DNA of 64,000 nucleotides from an uncultured Candidatus Saccharibacteria bacterium (GCA_964495685.1 CAZBVQ010000001.1:105521-169520); one strand, 5' to 3'. Positions 40,105-49,956 are shown, numbered from the stretch's first letter. The notes: generated from the letters alone by a model not told the origin. A program made the numbers and translations.

Positions 40105-41247
40105 ATGAAAACAATCCGCGATATTGAATATGTTGATGGAGTAAAGGTGCTGGTACGCGCAGATTTCAATGTGCCTATCAAGAAGGGAGCAGTGGGGGAT
40201 GATTTTCGTATTCGTGCAGCTTTGCCGACTATTGATTTTTTAACCAAAAAAGGGGCAGTTGTTATTTTGGCTAGTCATCTGGAATCGATAGATGGTGACA
40301 ATCCATCATTGGCACCTATTGTCAAGCATTTGGAGAAATTGGGCGTGCCAGTCACGTTCATTAAAGATTTGAAGAATGCCCACCAGATTATCGAGGCGGG
40401 AATCAAGGATAAGAAATCAGGCGACACCGTCATTTTCCTCCTCGAGAACCTGCGTTTCTCGGATGGTGAAAAGAATAATGATCCCACCTTCGCCAAAGCG
40501 CTGGCCTCACTCGCTGATGTGTATGTGAACGAAGCATTTCCGGTCTCACACCGTGCGCATGCGTCCATTGTTGGTGTTCCCAAATTTCTTCCAAGTTATG
40601 CTGGGCTTCAGTTCGAAAAAGAAGTAGGCCATCTTTCAAAAGCATTTACCCCAGGACATCCATTCGTATTTGTGCTCGGTGGTGCCAAGTTCAATACAAA
40701 GCTCCCGCTTATCGCACGATTCTCGACAATGGCAGATACTATTTTCCTTGGTGGAGCGTTGGGTAATGACGCTTTGCTTGCGAAGGGGATTTCAGTCGGC
40801 ACCTCGAAAGTTTCGAACGGCACAGTTGATATTTCGGCTATGGTAAGTCAGCCGAATATTATCTTACCTATTGATGCTACTATTCAGGATCATTCTGCAA
40901 AAGAGATAGGCTCTATCAGTGAGAAGGACGCCATTCTCGATGCGGGTCCTCAGACGCTGGCCTTGGTCGGTGCCAAGATTGCCTCGGCGAAGTTTATTCT
41001 CTGGAATGGCCCACTTGGTCCTTATGAAGGCGGATATGTCGAAGGTACCGAATCTGTGGCGAAGATGATCGCTGATCGTACGCAGGCAGATACGGATGTC
41101 ATCTCGATGGTGGGTGGGGGAGATACGTTGGCCGCTATCGCCAACTTGGGTATTGAGGACAAGTTCACTTTCGTTTCTTCTGGAGGTGGTGCCATGCTCG
41201 ATTTTCTCGCAAAGGGGACGTTGGTGGGGATAGAGGCGTTGGGGTAA
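40105..41247 (+). CDS. pgk: Phosphoglycerate kinase
   Basis: VRADFNVP, LLENLRF, HRAHAS, WNGPLG, SGGGAML. Confidence 0.98.
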   Translation: MKTIRDIEYVDGVKVLVRADFNVPIKKGAVGDDFRIRAALPTIDFLTKKGAVVILASHLESIDGDNPSLAPIVKHLEKLGVPVTFIKDLKNAHQIIEAGIKDKKSGDTVIFLLENLRFSDGEKNNDPTFAKALASLADVYVNEAFPVSHRAHASIVGVPKFLPSYAGLQFEKEVGHLSKAFTPGHPFVFVLGGAKFNTKLPLIARFSTMADTIFLGGALGNDALLAKGISVGTSKVSNGTVDISAMVSQPNIILPIDATIQDHSAKEIGSISEKDAILDAGPQTLALVGAKIASAKFILWNGPLGPYEGGYVEGTESVAKMIADRTQADTDVISMVGGGDTLAAIANLGIEDKFTFVSSGGGAMLDFLAKGTLVGIEALG

Positions 41248-41414
41248 TTTGTGAGTTAAAACACAAAAACGCCTCAAAATCGTGGTCTTGCATACCCGTG
41301 TCGCATGAAGGAGGTTGTGCAACTGGCTCTAGCACTTGAAGGTATCAAAATCAACTTGAAAAATAATGTCTGCAGGTGTAGGATGGGTTTAAACCTAACC
41401 AGGAGTTCATAATT

Positions 41415-41666
41415 ATGAGAAGGCAAGAGTTTTTACGGGCGACCTTGGCCTCAGGGGCGAACCATGTTGCACCCGGTCATGGTGGCTGCTGCGAAGAAGA
41501 TGATCATGTTTGTACGTGTCAGTGTCACGATCCAGAAACTGGACACATGATGCACCACGTCGGCCCTTGTTGTGAAACGGCCTCCTGTGGACTCAACATT
41601 AACCATGGCTTCATGTCGCATCATGTTGCTCATTGTCCAACGTGTCAACGTGAATCTCACAAATAG
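41415..41666 (+). CDS. Small Cys/His-rich protein (metal-binding, metallothionein-like)
   Basis: CC, CxCxC, CC and CxxC motifs with many His in 83 aa. SD aggag and a TTGAAA..TAGGAT promoter. Confidence 0.6.
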   Translation: MRRQEFLRATLASGANHVAPGHGGCCEEDDHVCTCQCHDPETGHMMHHVGPCCETASCGLNINHGFMSHHVAHCPTCQRESHK

Positions 41667-41708
41667 TCTGGGAGGATCCTACGTGCGCGCTTCGAAAGGG
41701 GCCGCTTT

Positions 41709-42077
41709 TTATTTGAGCGCCGCAACAATCTTCTTCTTATTCCCCTCAAAATCATTTTTGTCACCTTTGACCTTGTCACTGGGGAATACCCACACGTGAG
41801 CATGCTCGATCTCCTCACCGACGATCTTACTCAGCACTTGGTCACAGTCGAACGCCTTACGCTGTGCATTGGCGACCTTTGCTACCACTTCGAAATAGGT
41901 ACCAACATTTTCAACATCCCAGACCCAGCGGTAGTGCTTCTTGGGAATAACGAGGGCGTGACCAGGTGAGAGAGGACGAATATCGAGGAAAGCTATGAAG
42001 TCAGTATCTTCATAGACAATATGGGCAGGAATTTCTCGGGCGATGATTTTGCAGAAAATGCAGGTGGACATATCCAC
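41709..42077 (-). CDS. HIT family nucleotide-binding protein
   Basis: [22 protein letters not shown] (third His of the HxHxH triad replaced by W). Confidence 0.92.
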   Translation of the reverse strand: MDMSTCIFCKIIAREIPAHIVYEDTDFIAFLDIRPLSPGHALVIPKKHYRWVWDVENVGTYFEVVAKVANAQRKAFDCDQVLSKIVGEEIEHAHVWVFPSDKVKGDKNDFEGNKKKIVAALK

Positions 42078-42144
42078 ATTATATCCTAGGTTTGGCCTAG
42101 AATCATTCCTAGGCCCGGCCTGGGTGGTGGGGTATAATCGCCCT

Positions 42145-43959
42145 ATGTCCTATACCACTCGCCGCCCATTGACTCTCGATGAACGCAACCGTGTCGGTGG
42201 TGCATCTGATGTTGTGGCACACCTCTTGTTCCATCGTGGTATTACCGATGCGGGAGCCGCCGATACATTCCTGATACCGAGCTATGATGTCCATGTCCAT
42301 GACCCATTCTTGCTCAAAGATGCTGAGCGGGCCGCTGAACGGTTCATCTCTGCTATCCAAAAAGGTGAGCGTATCGCCATCTATTCTGACTATGACGCAG
42401 ATGGCATTCCTGCAGCGGTCATGTTCAATGATTTCTTGAAAAGGATTGGATATGCCAATTACACCATCTATATTCCTCATCGTCACAATGAAGGTTTTGG
42501 TGTGAATGAGGATGCGGTAGAACAGCTTGCACGGGATGGGGTCAAGCTCATGATCACTGTCGACTGTGGCATTTCTGATGTTCATCCGATCACTCACGCG
42601 AATAGTCTGGGCATAGATGTCATAGTCACGGATCACCATGAGCCTCCCGCCGTATTACCACCGGCGTTCGCGATCATTGATCACAAACAGGCAGATTGCG
42701 AATATCCAGACAAACATATCTGTGGATCAGGCGTCGGATTCAAGCTCATTCAGGCAATTATCAAGAAAGCCAAACATCTAGCGTATGCACTCGGTAATCT
42801 GAAAGACGGGCACGAAAAATGGCTGCTCGACATGGTGGGTATCGCGACACTTTCTGACATGGTTCCTCTTACGGGGGAGAACAGGGTATTTGCTCGCTAT
42901 GGATTGTCGGTGCTGCGCAAGAGTCCACGCAAAGGGTTGATGAGATTATTGGCAAAATTGAAAATGAATCAGGCTCATTTAACTGAAGATGATATTGCCT
43001 TCATGATCACACCGCGCATCAATGCCGCTTCACGTATGGGTGTGCCCATGGACGCATTCAAACTTCTGGCCGCTGACAATGACACTGATGCAGAGTTCTA
43101 CGCCACACATCTCGATGAGATCAATAATGAGCGCAAGGGGATCGTGGCTGCATTGGTCAAAGAGATCAAGAAAACAGTACGTGAGCGATATGGGGAAACA
43201 ATACCATCGGTGATAGTGCTCGGTAATCCCGATTGGAAGCCATCATTGCTTGGTCTTGCTGCGAATTCATGCGCCGAAGAATTCGATCGCCCCGTCTTTC
43301 TCTGGGGGCGTGATGGTGACGATGTGATCAAGGGGTCATGTCGTTCTGAAGGAAAGAGTAATGTGGTCGAGATCATGCGTGGTATTCCCAGTGAGACGTT
43401 CCTGCAGTTTGGTGGACACAAACACTCGGGCGGATTTGCCGTAGCGAATGAAAGGGTCCATTTCTTGGAGAAGGAGTTGAATGAAGCAGCAGTAAAAATA
43501 AATTCGAAATTCGAAATCCTAAATCCTAAACAAATTCGAAATTCGAAATTCGACTTGTCTGCCGTAGCCTTGGCGAAGGCGGAAATTCAAAACAGCGAGG
43601 AAATGGATTGGGTTGATATGGAGTTGAAACTGGAAGACGTCACCTGGAATTTGCAAGAAGATATTGATCGTTTGTCACCATTTGGTATGGGTAATCCCAA
43701 GCCACTCTTCATATTCAAGAATGTCCGACCGGCTGAGGTGCGTATGTTCGGCAAGGCCAAGGATCATGTCGAGTTGGTATTCAAGAAAAAGAGTGGCGCA
43801 TCACTTTCTGCTATTGCATTCTTTGGTGGCGAGAATGAGTGGGCGCAACAGTTAATCGCTGACAAAAATAGAGAGGTTGATTTGATTGCATCAATCGAGA
43901 AGTCGATGTTTCGGGGGAGGAAGGAGCTCCGGTTGAGGGTGGAGGAGGTCCTCGTATAG
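42145..43959 (+). CDS. recJ: ssDNA-specific exonuclease RecJ
   Basis: [36 protein letters not shown]. Confidence 0.96.
   Translation: MSYTTRRPLTLDERNRVGGASDVVAHLLFHRGITDAGAADTFLIPSYDVHVHDPFLLKDAERAAERFISAIQKGERIAIYSDYDADGIPAAVMFNDFLKRIGYANYTIYIPHRHNEGFGVNEDAVEQLARDGVKLMITVDCGISDVHPITHANSLGIDVIVTDHHEPPAVLPPAFAIIDHKQADCEYPDKHICGSGVGFKLIQAIIKKAKHLAYALGNLKDGHEKWLLDMVGIATLSDMVPLTGENRVFARYGLSVLRKSPRKGLMRLLAKLKMNQAHLTEDDIAFMITPRINAASRMGVPMDAFKLLAADNDTDAEFYATHLDEINNERKGIVAALVKEIKKTVRERYGETIPSVIVLGNPDWKPSLLGLAANSCAEEFDRPVFLWGRDGDDVIKGSCRSEGKSNVVEIMRGIPSETFLQFGGHKHSGGFAVANERVHFLEKELNEAAVKINSKFEILNPKQIRNSKFDLSAVALAKAEIQNSEEMDWVDMELKLEDVTWNLQEDIDRLSPFGMGNPKPLFIFKNVRPAEVRMFGKAKDHVELVFKKKSGASLSAIAFFGGENEWAQQLIADKNREVDLIASIEKSMFRGRKELRLRVEEVLV
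43500..43593 (+). repeat. Heptamer array (aaattcg/aaatcct) with a nested palindromic element, in frame within recJ
   Basis: aaattcg x2, aaatcct x2, aaattcg x3, then tctgccgtagccttggcgaaggcgga, then aaattca. Confidence 0.85.
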
Positions 43960-43981
43960 GTTTTCTGATATACTCGTCCGT

Positions 43982-44698
43982 ATGAATTCAATTATCATCT
44001 TCACCGACGGCTCTTCTCGAGGTAACCCTGGTCCTGGTGGATGGGGTGCAGTTATCGTCAATGGTTCACAAGTGACCGAGCTTGGTGGTGGGGAACAACA
44101 TACAACAAACAACCGAATGGAGCTCAGCGCAGTCATTGGTGGTCTCAAAACTGTCAGTGCTGACGAAGCCGTTACCATCTATTCCGACTCCTCTTATGTC
44201 ATAAATGGTATTACCAAGTGGGTGGCTGGCTGGAAACGCAATGGCTGGCTCACCAAGACCAAAGATGAGGTTCAGAATAAAGATCTTTGGATGGATCTCG
44301 ATGCACTCGTCTCCAAGTTGGGCCCAGGTTCAATTTCCTGGAAATACGTCGGCGGACATGTCGGTATTGCAGGCAATGAGCGTTGTGATGTCATAGCCAC
44401 GTCATTTGCCGATGGTGAAAAGGCGGAGCTTTACAATGGACCAATTTTTAAATATTCAATTCCGAACATTCTCGATATTTCACATGATGAGATCAAGGTG
44501 CAGGCCAAGAAATCTTCGTCGTCACGCTCGAACAAGCCAGCGTACTCATATGTCAGTGCCGTCGGTGGCAAGATCCAGATTCATCGCACCTGGGCTGAAT
44601 GTGAGAAGCGTGTCAAAGGGGTGAAGGGAGCTCGATTCAAGAAATCATTTGATGCCATGAATGAGATGGAAATCGTGAGTGAATTTGGCGGACATTAG
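43982..44698 (+). CDS. rnhA: Ribonuclease HI with C-terminal hybrid-binding-like domain
   Basis: TDGSSRGNPGPGG, TNNRMEL, DSSYV, GHVGIAGNERCD. C-terminal TWAECEKRVKG..GARFKK. Confidence 0.95.
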   Translation: MNSIIIFTDGSSRGNPGPGGWGAVIVNGSQVTELGGGEQHTTNNRMELSAVIGGLKTVSADEAVTIYSDSSYVINGITKWVAGWKRNGWLTKTKDEVQNKDLWMDLDALVSKLGPGSISWKYVGGHVGIAGNERCDVIATSFADGEKAELYNGPIFKYSIPNILDISHDEIKVQAKKSSSSRSNKPAYSYVSAVGGKIQIHRTWAECEKRVKGVKGARFKKSFDAMNEMEIVSEFGGH

Positions 44699-44768
44699 AC
44701 CACGCCGATCAATCTTCAGCGAATCTTCATCGATTCTTGAATATTTCTTCATTACGAATACCTAGAAT
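44698..44768 (+). promoter_or_regulatory. Four 11-bp-period direct repeats plus -10 box (copy A, upstream of ComEC membrane part)
   Basis: aatcttcagcg aatcttcatcg attcttgaata tttcttcatta, 8 nt, TAGAAT. Confidence 0.75.
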
Positions 44769-44776
44769 GACTCTCT

Positions 44777-46132
44777 ATGAACAGGAGGGTCTTTTTGTTT
44801 TGGGTGATACTGATTTCCTGTGCACTGGCTCGGGTGATTTTGTCGCACGCTGTCGCGCCGGATATTGGATCGTGCCTCAAGTCTACTGTCCATGGTATTG
44901 GGATAGTGAATGAAGATCCCTCACGATCAGAGGGTGGGCAGGTGCTTATTATTCGTGCCGAACACCTATTTATGGCGACTTCTTCTGATTCGTGTGCGGA
45001 TGATCTACTTATTCGCATGAAAACCAAGCCATACCCTCGATGGGCATTTGGTGACGCTGTATCTTTCTCTGGCAAAGTATCCAAACCATTCAATTTCAAG
45101 AGTGATGTTGGTCGGACGTTCGATTATGTCGGATATCTTGCCAAAGATGATGTGTACTACGAGATCAAGAGTGCGACCGTCGAACGTCTCGAGGATACCA
45201 GACACGGATCGCTCGCTGGGCGAGTCGAGTCACTTCTGTTCAAAACGAAACGCCACTTCGTCACCAATATCGAGCGGACCCTGGGCGAACCTCACGCTGC
45301 ATTAGCCGCTGGGCTCGTCGTAGGGGAGAAGAGCGCTCTAGGCAAAGACCTGCTCAATGATTTCCGTATGGTCGGACTTATTCATATTGTTGTCTTGTCG
45401 GGATTCAACATAACTATCGTCGGAGATGCTATGCGTCGCATACTCTCATTCTTGCCACGTGTCTGGGGTATCGGTGTCGGCGGCGTAGGCATCATCTTGT
45501 TTGGTGTTATGGTCGGCGGGGGTGCCACAGTCGTTCGGTCTTGTTTCATGGCTTCTATTGCACTGTCGGCAGATCTCATCCGTCGTGACTACAATGTGAC
45601 GCGTGCACTCATATTCGCTGGGCTACTTATGGTCATCCAGAATCCGGCGATCCTCTTGCACGATCCTTCATTCCAGCTCTCATTCTTGGCGACATTGGGA
45701 CTTATCTTGCTCGCCAGTCCTATCGAGAAGCGTCTGACGTTCATTACGGAGAGGTTCGGTATCCGTGGCATTGTGGCTTCAACTATAGCGACGCAGGTAT
45801 TTGTGTCGCCCTACATTCTCTATACGATGGGCACCATTTCTATTATTGGCATGGTGGTGAATATTCTAGTGTTGCCGATTATTCCCGTTACTATGCTTTT
45901 TGTATTCCTGACAGGGGCGACAGGATTTATTTCATTGAATGTGGCACAGATATTCGGTTGGGTATCACACATGTTGCTCACGTACGAGTTGCATATGGTG
46001 GAGTGGTTCGCCCAGACTCCATTCGCTGCCGTGACCTTGCCGCAATTCTCTGGTTGGTGGGTGGCGGGGTTTTATGCTGGATTCTTCGGAGTGTTTGTTG
46101 TGCTAAGAATGAGAACATGTCGTACGAACTAA
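44777..46132 (+). CDS. comEC: ComEC/Rec2 competence protein (DUF4131 + membrane competence domain)
   Basis: GLIHIVVLSGFNI, VVRSCFM, DPSFQLSFLAT, NILVLP. Confidence 0.93.
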   Translation: MNRRVFLFWVILISCALARVILSHAVAPDIGSCLKSTVHGIGIVNEDPSRSEGGQVLIIRAEHLFMATSSDSCADDLLIRMKTKPYPRWAFGDAVSFSGKVSKPFNFKSDVGRTFDYVGYLAKDDVYYEIKSATVERLEDTRHGSLAGRVESLLFKTKRHFVTNIERTLGEPHAALAAGLVVGEKSALGKDLLNDFRMVGLIHIVVLSGFNITIVGDAMRRILSFLPRVWGIGVGGVGIILFGVMVGGGATVVRSCFMASIALSADLIRRDYNVTRALIFAGLLMVIQNPAILLHDPSFQLSFLATLGLILLASPIEKRLTFITERFGIRGIVASTIATQVFVSPYILYTMGTISIIGMVVNILVLPIIPVTMLFVFLTGATGFISLNVAQIFGWVSHMLLTYELHMVEWFAQTPFAAVTLPQFSGWWVAGFYAGFFGVFVVLRMRTCRTN

Positions 46133-46159
46133 AAAGACACCCTATGGTGTCTTTTGTTA

Positions 46160-46741
46160 CTACTGCGCTTTATTGAAATTCTCTTCAATTACGCTCCAAT
46201 TGAGATTCTTGAAGAAATCTTCGACATACTGCTTCTTGCCTGAGGGCTGGTAGTCAGCGACGAATGAGTGTTCCCATAGGTCGAGCGCGAGAATGGGAGC
46301 GACACCGGTCAGATGGCCGAAGTGTTGTTCATCTACCCAATACTGGATCAACGTGTCAGTTACCTTGTCATAACCCAGCATGGCCCATCCTACACCACGG
46401 GTGGTGGCGAGATTTTTGAAGATAGTCACAAATGTCTCGAAAGATCCGGTCCACTCAACTATTTTTTTGTACAGTGCAGAATCTGCTGAGATCTCCTTGG
46501 GTCCACCCTCAAATGCGCTGAAATAATATTCGTGGTTGCGCATACCATCGAACTCGAATGCCTGTCGACGATAGGTCTCGCGACGAGCGTATTCGGGGAT
46601 AGTCTGATTTTCGACAACCTCATGTACGAGGTTGAAGTGCTTCACATATCCTTCATAGAGCTTGAGATGCTCTTCGATCGTCTTCTCGGAAATGCCAATA
46701 AGTTTGGGGATCTTGAATGTTTTTGGGGTGAATTGTTTCAT
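46160..46741 (-). CDS. Fe/Mn superoxide dismutase family protein
   Basis: EEHLKLYEGYV, NHEYYF, GVGWA, DLWEH, FKNLNW. Confidence 0.9.
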   Translation of the reverse strand: MKQFTPKTFKIPKLIGISEKTIEEHLKLYEGYVKHFNLVHEVVENQTIPEYARRETYRRQAFEFDGMRNHEYYFSAFEGGPKEISADSALYKKIVEWTGSFETFVTIFKNLATTRGVGWAMLGYDKVTDTLIQYWVDEQHFGHLTGVAPILALDLWEHSFVADYQPSGKKQYVEDFFKNLNWSVIEENFNKAQ

Positions 46742-46759
46742 GTGGCTATTGTATCACAT

Positions 46760-46830
46760 GACCACACGAATCAATCTTCAGCGAATCTTCATCGCTTCTT
46801 CATTTTTTCTTGAATTCGTACTGGTATGGT
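46760..46830 (+). promoter_or_regulatory. Four 11-bp-period direct repeats plus -10 box (copy B, upstream of ComEC MBL-like part)
   Basis: aatcttcagcg aatcttcatcg cttcttcattt tttcttgaatt, 8 nt, TATGGT. Confidence 0.75.
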
Positions 46831-46836
46831 TTATAC

Positions 46837-47799
46837 ATGAATCTACGTATTGCAGAGCATCCGTTATTTGTCGGTCTGGCAGCCACCGCTCTTGTCTCGT
46901 GTCTCGCTGGCTACATCGCACATGAAGAAAGTCGAGCGCCGCTACTCGAGATATACGTGATTGCTTTGAAGGGAGGTCGAGCGGTGTTCATCCGTACGCC
47001 AGATGATCAGCGCATTCTGGTCAATGGCGGCCAGAATAGTGAGATCGTCAAACAGATCACCAACGTACTACCATTTTATTCCCGTCGGATCGATACGGTC
47101 ATTGCGACAGATACGGATCTCAAGAATGTCACGGGGCTCATAGACATTATTGGACGTTACGATGTACGACACGCTTATTTTCCTCGATACACACTAGACA
47201 ATATCGGGCTGGCGAGTACCACTGGTCCGAGTTTTCAGGTATTCACGTCTTCGCTCGCAGAAAAGCAAGTCAATGTACGCGAGATAGGTGCCGGAGATCA
47301 GGTGCGCATTTCTGGTCTGGAAGGTGTGACACCAGAGCCGTCGCCACCAGTTACGCTTCACGCTCTTTTTCCTGTTGATCCATCCGTATTCAGCTACTCC
47401 AAGGCTAGTCCGCCACAGATCATTTTCACTATTGAGCACGGCATGAATCGATTCACATTTGTGGACGATGCGTCTGTGAAAGTACAAAAGACTATTGCGA
47501 ATTCTACGACTACAAAGCAGTTATTTGATATGGATGACCTCGACTCTATTTTGATCACATCCAAAGCGGGGAAAATAGGAGATAGTGCAGCGGAACTGAT
47601 CAAGATCATTCAGCCAAGCTGGCTTATATTCGAACAAACAATCTCGGCCAAATCCTCGAGCGCTTCATCGGCAAAAGCACAGAAGAAAGCTGATCCTCTG
47701 GCGGGCATTCTGTTGGGCCATAGATTCAATGTACGTGCACTCAAAGTGGTCAGGATACTTTCTGATGGTGTGACGGTGGAAATAGAAACGACCCCGTGA
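46837..47799 (+). CDS. ComEC-type metallo-beta-lactamase-fold protein with degenerate metal site
   Basis: AVFIRTP..RILVNGG, LPFYSRRIDTVIAT, V.ILSDG. HxxxDH motif replaced by DTDLKN. Confidence 0.75.
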   Translation: MNLRIAEHPLFVGLAATALVSCLAGYIAHEESRAPLLEIYVIALKGGRAVFIRTPDDQRILVNGGQNSEIVKQITNVLPFYSRRIDTVIATDTDLKNVTGLIDIIGRYDVRHAYFPRYTLDNIGLASTTGPSFQVFTSSLAEKQVNVREIGAGDQVRISGLEGVTPEPSPPVTLHALFPVDPSVFSYSKASPPQIIFTIEHGMNRFTFVDDASVKVQKTIANSTTTKQLFDMDDLDSILITSKAGKIGDSAAELIKIIQPSWLIFEQTISAKSSSASSAKAQKKADPLAGILLGHRFNVRALKVVRILSDGVTVEIETTP

Positions 47800-47817
47800 G
47801 GACGGGGCCGGGCGTAA

Positions 47818-48327
47818 TTATTTGAGATTGCTTATGCGTACACTGAGTACGTCGCCTCGGTTCTTACCACAAGTTATGTGCACGAGACGGCGTTTGTGTT
47901 TGAGCAGAACGTCGGTGTACCACTGTTTTTCACCGGGCATCTTGTCCCAAGGGAAAGCTGAGAACTTCAAGAATTTGAGCCAGTGGAACTCACCACTTTT
48001 ATTTTTGAGGTGGCCAGTCCATTCTGTGAATAGAATCATATCAACAATGAACTTTGTCCGGCTCGCAATAATCTTGACGCGCAATTGTGCGACACGCATG
48101 CCGTTAAGTGGGACGAGAGCGGCCTCCTCTTTGATTTCACGTTTACATCCAGTGATGATGCCGAGGTCGTTTTCTTCGAGATGCCCTCCTACTGGCATTA
48201 CCAAATCACCGACGACACCACTGGTACGTAATCCAAGAAGCATCGAAGGGTCGGTACTATGGTGGTGCTTCACCAGGAGTCCTGCTACCAAATGGATGTG
48301 CTTCCATGGTTTGTGTGCGGTTTTCAT
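47818..48327 (-). CDS. NUDIX hydrolase-like protein
   Basis: GGHLEEND..TGCKREIKEE Nudix box. PWDKM as in MutT/NUDT1-like enzymes. Confidence 0.7.
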   Translation of the reverse strand: MKTAHKPWKHIHLVAGLLVKHHHSTDPSMLLGLRTSGVVGDLVMPVGGHLEENDLGIITGCKREIKEEAALVPLNGMRVAQLRVKIIASRTKFIVDMILFTEWTGHLKNKSGEFHWLKFLKFSAFPWDKMPGEKQWYTDVLLKHKRRLVHITCGKNRGDVLSVRISNLK

Positions 48328-48408
48328 ATTCGTTACTAGTGTACTCTTTTATAATTTGGACGCAACAAAAAACCCAGCTTCTGTGCCGGGTTTTTGTTGA
48401 GGATATCT

Positions 48409-48651
48409 TTATATAATTCCCGCTTTCTTGAGAGTCTTGAATGCGCCGTTCTTCTGGATAGTGCGGAGACCGCGTGCCGAGACGGTGATGCGGACACTCT
48501 TCTTGATTTCAGGGACGTAGATGGTCTTTTTCTGGAGATTCGGATAACGACGAATCTTGCCGCAAGGATTGAACTGCGTTGCACGGGTAGCGTTCGAGTA
48601 GCGACCACCGCTCACTGAACCACGCTTAGTTATTGCACAGATTTGGGCCAT
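48409..48651 (-). CDS. rpmB: 50S ribosomal protein L28
   Basis: MAQICAITKR, RRYPNLQ, VSARGLRTI. Confidence 0.93.
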   Translation of the reverse strand: MAQICAITKRGSVSGGRYSNATRATQFNPCGKIRRYPNLQKKTIYVPEIKKSVRITVSARGLRTIQKNGAFKTLKKAGII

Positions 48652-48706
48652 AAAAGTAGTAGGCAGTATGGTATCATGGGATACGCAAAGTCGCAAGTCC
48701 AATACC

Positions 48707-49315
48707 ATGTTTACCATCCTATCCGTCGTTATCCTCATATTGTCAGTTATTATTCATGAAGTATGTCATGGCTACATGGCTGATCGCCTCGGCGACCCTA
48801 CTGCTCGTTTGCAGGGGAGACTCACTCTCAATCCGATCAAGCACATTGATCCTATCGGCTCAATTGTGGTTCCACTCATTACTTCAATGGCTGGGTTTAC
48901 ATTTGGTTGGGCCAAGCCTGTGCCATATGAGCCACGGAATCTCAGAAACAAGCGATCGGGTGAATTCCTGATAGCGCTTGCCGGTCCTGTGTCCAATCTG
49001 GCAATTGCACTCATATTCGGGTTGCTCATCCGTTTCATCCAACAAGGCACTATGACACCAGTCATTGAAATCTCGGCCTATATCGTTCTTGTCAACATTG
49101 TCTTGGCCGTCTTCAACCTCATTCCGATACCACCACTTGATGGTTCCAAGCTCCTGTTTTCTCTATTGCCCAATCAGTATGGTCGTCTGCGTATGCAATT
49201 GGAATCGTTCGCCCCAATTCTTATCGTGGTCGTCGCGTTTTTCTTGTGGAGGTTCATTTCACCGGTAATATGGCCTATTTTCGAGGCTTTTACAGGCATT
49301 GGATTTGGCGGGTAG
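48707..49315 (+). CDS. Site-2 protease (M50) family protein
   Basis: HEVCH, GDPTA, GWAKPVP, AGPVSN, NLIPIPPLDG. Confidence 0.95.
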   Translation: MFTILSVVILILSVIIHEVCHGYMADRLGDPTARLQGRLTLNPIKHIDPIGSIVVPLITSMAGFTFGWAKPVPYEPRNLRNKRSGEFLIALAGPVSNLAIALIFGLLIRFIQQGTMTPVIEISAYIVLVNIVLAVFNLIPIPPLDGSKLLFSLLPNQYGRLRMQLESFAPILIVVVAFFLWRFISPVIWPIFEAFTGIGFGG

Positions 49316-49530
49316 ACAATTCAAGTTATATCGTGTGTAAGTGGCGGCGCAATTTTATTTGCCAGAATCTATTTCTCATGCTAAGGTAACCCCACTTTCC
49401 CCATCGAAGGGAAGTACATTAGTAACGGCAAGAATGAGTAATCGCCAAGGTTCGTTGTCTAGGCTCGGCTTGGACCACATCTCAAACCAACAGCGGTGAA
49501 GAATTCAGGATTGCCACCAATTTATTATTT

Positions 49531-49950
49531 ATGCCAACAATCAATCAGTTGACCAAGCGTTCACGCACCCGCTTCACACGCAAGTCGAAGTCGGTTGCCC
49601 TGACGCGCACATTCAACACCATCAAGAACCACCCGGTATTTTTCCCGGCTCCGTTCAAGCGAGGTGTATGTGTCAAAGTTACTACCAAGACCCCGAAGAA
49701 GCCGAACTCAGCTATCCGCAAGATCGCTCGTGTCCGTCTCTCGAACGGTATGGAAGTCACCGCTTACGTTCCTGGTGAAGGTCACAACCTTCAGGAACAC
49801 TCAGTGGTACTCCTCCGTGGTGGCCGCGTCAAGGACGTAGGTCTCCGCTATTCAGTCGTCCGTGGCGTGCTCGATGCAGCTGGTGTCGAGAAGCGCAGGA
49901 AAGGTCGAAGTCAGTACGGTAACAAGAAGCCTAAAGCAGCTAAAGCCTAA
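49531..49950 (+). CDS. rpsL: 30S ribosomal protein S12
   Basis: [23 protein letters not shown]. Confidence 0.98.
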   Translation: MPTINQLTKRSRTRFTRKSKSVALTRTFNTIKNHPVFFPAPFKRGVCVKVTTKTPKKPNSAIRKIARVRLSNGMEVTAYVPGEGHNLQEHSVVLLRGGRVKDVGLRYSVVRGVLDAAGVEKRRKGRSQYGNKKPKAAKA

Positions 49951-49956
49951 ACTACC

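Noticed and set aside
42085-42124. cctagg-rich dyad between the divergent HIT and recJ genes
   Set aside because: Single imperfect copy. It may be a shared promoter feature, but nothing supports a specific function.
44711-46816. tcttca repeats as a CRISPR mini-array
   Set aside because: Units are 11 bp and contiguous with no spacers, and there are no cas genes in the window.
47822-48400. 192-aa + strand ORF
   Set aside because: Antisense to the NUDIX-like gene, which has a recognisable motif.
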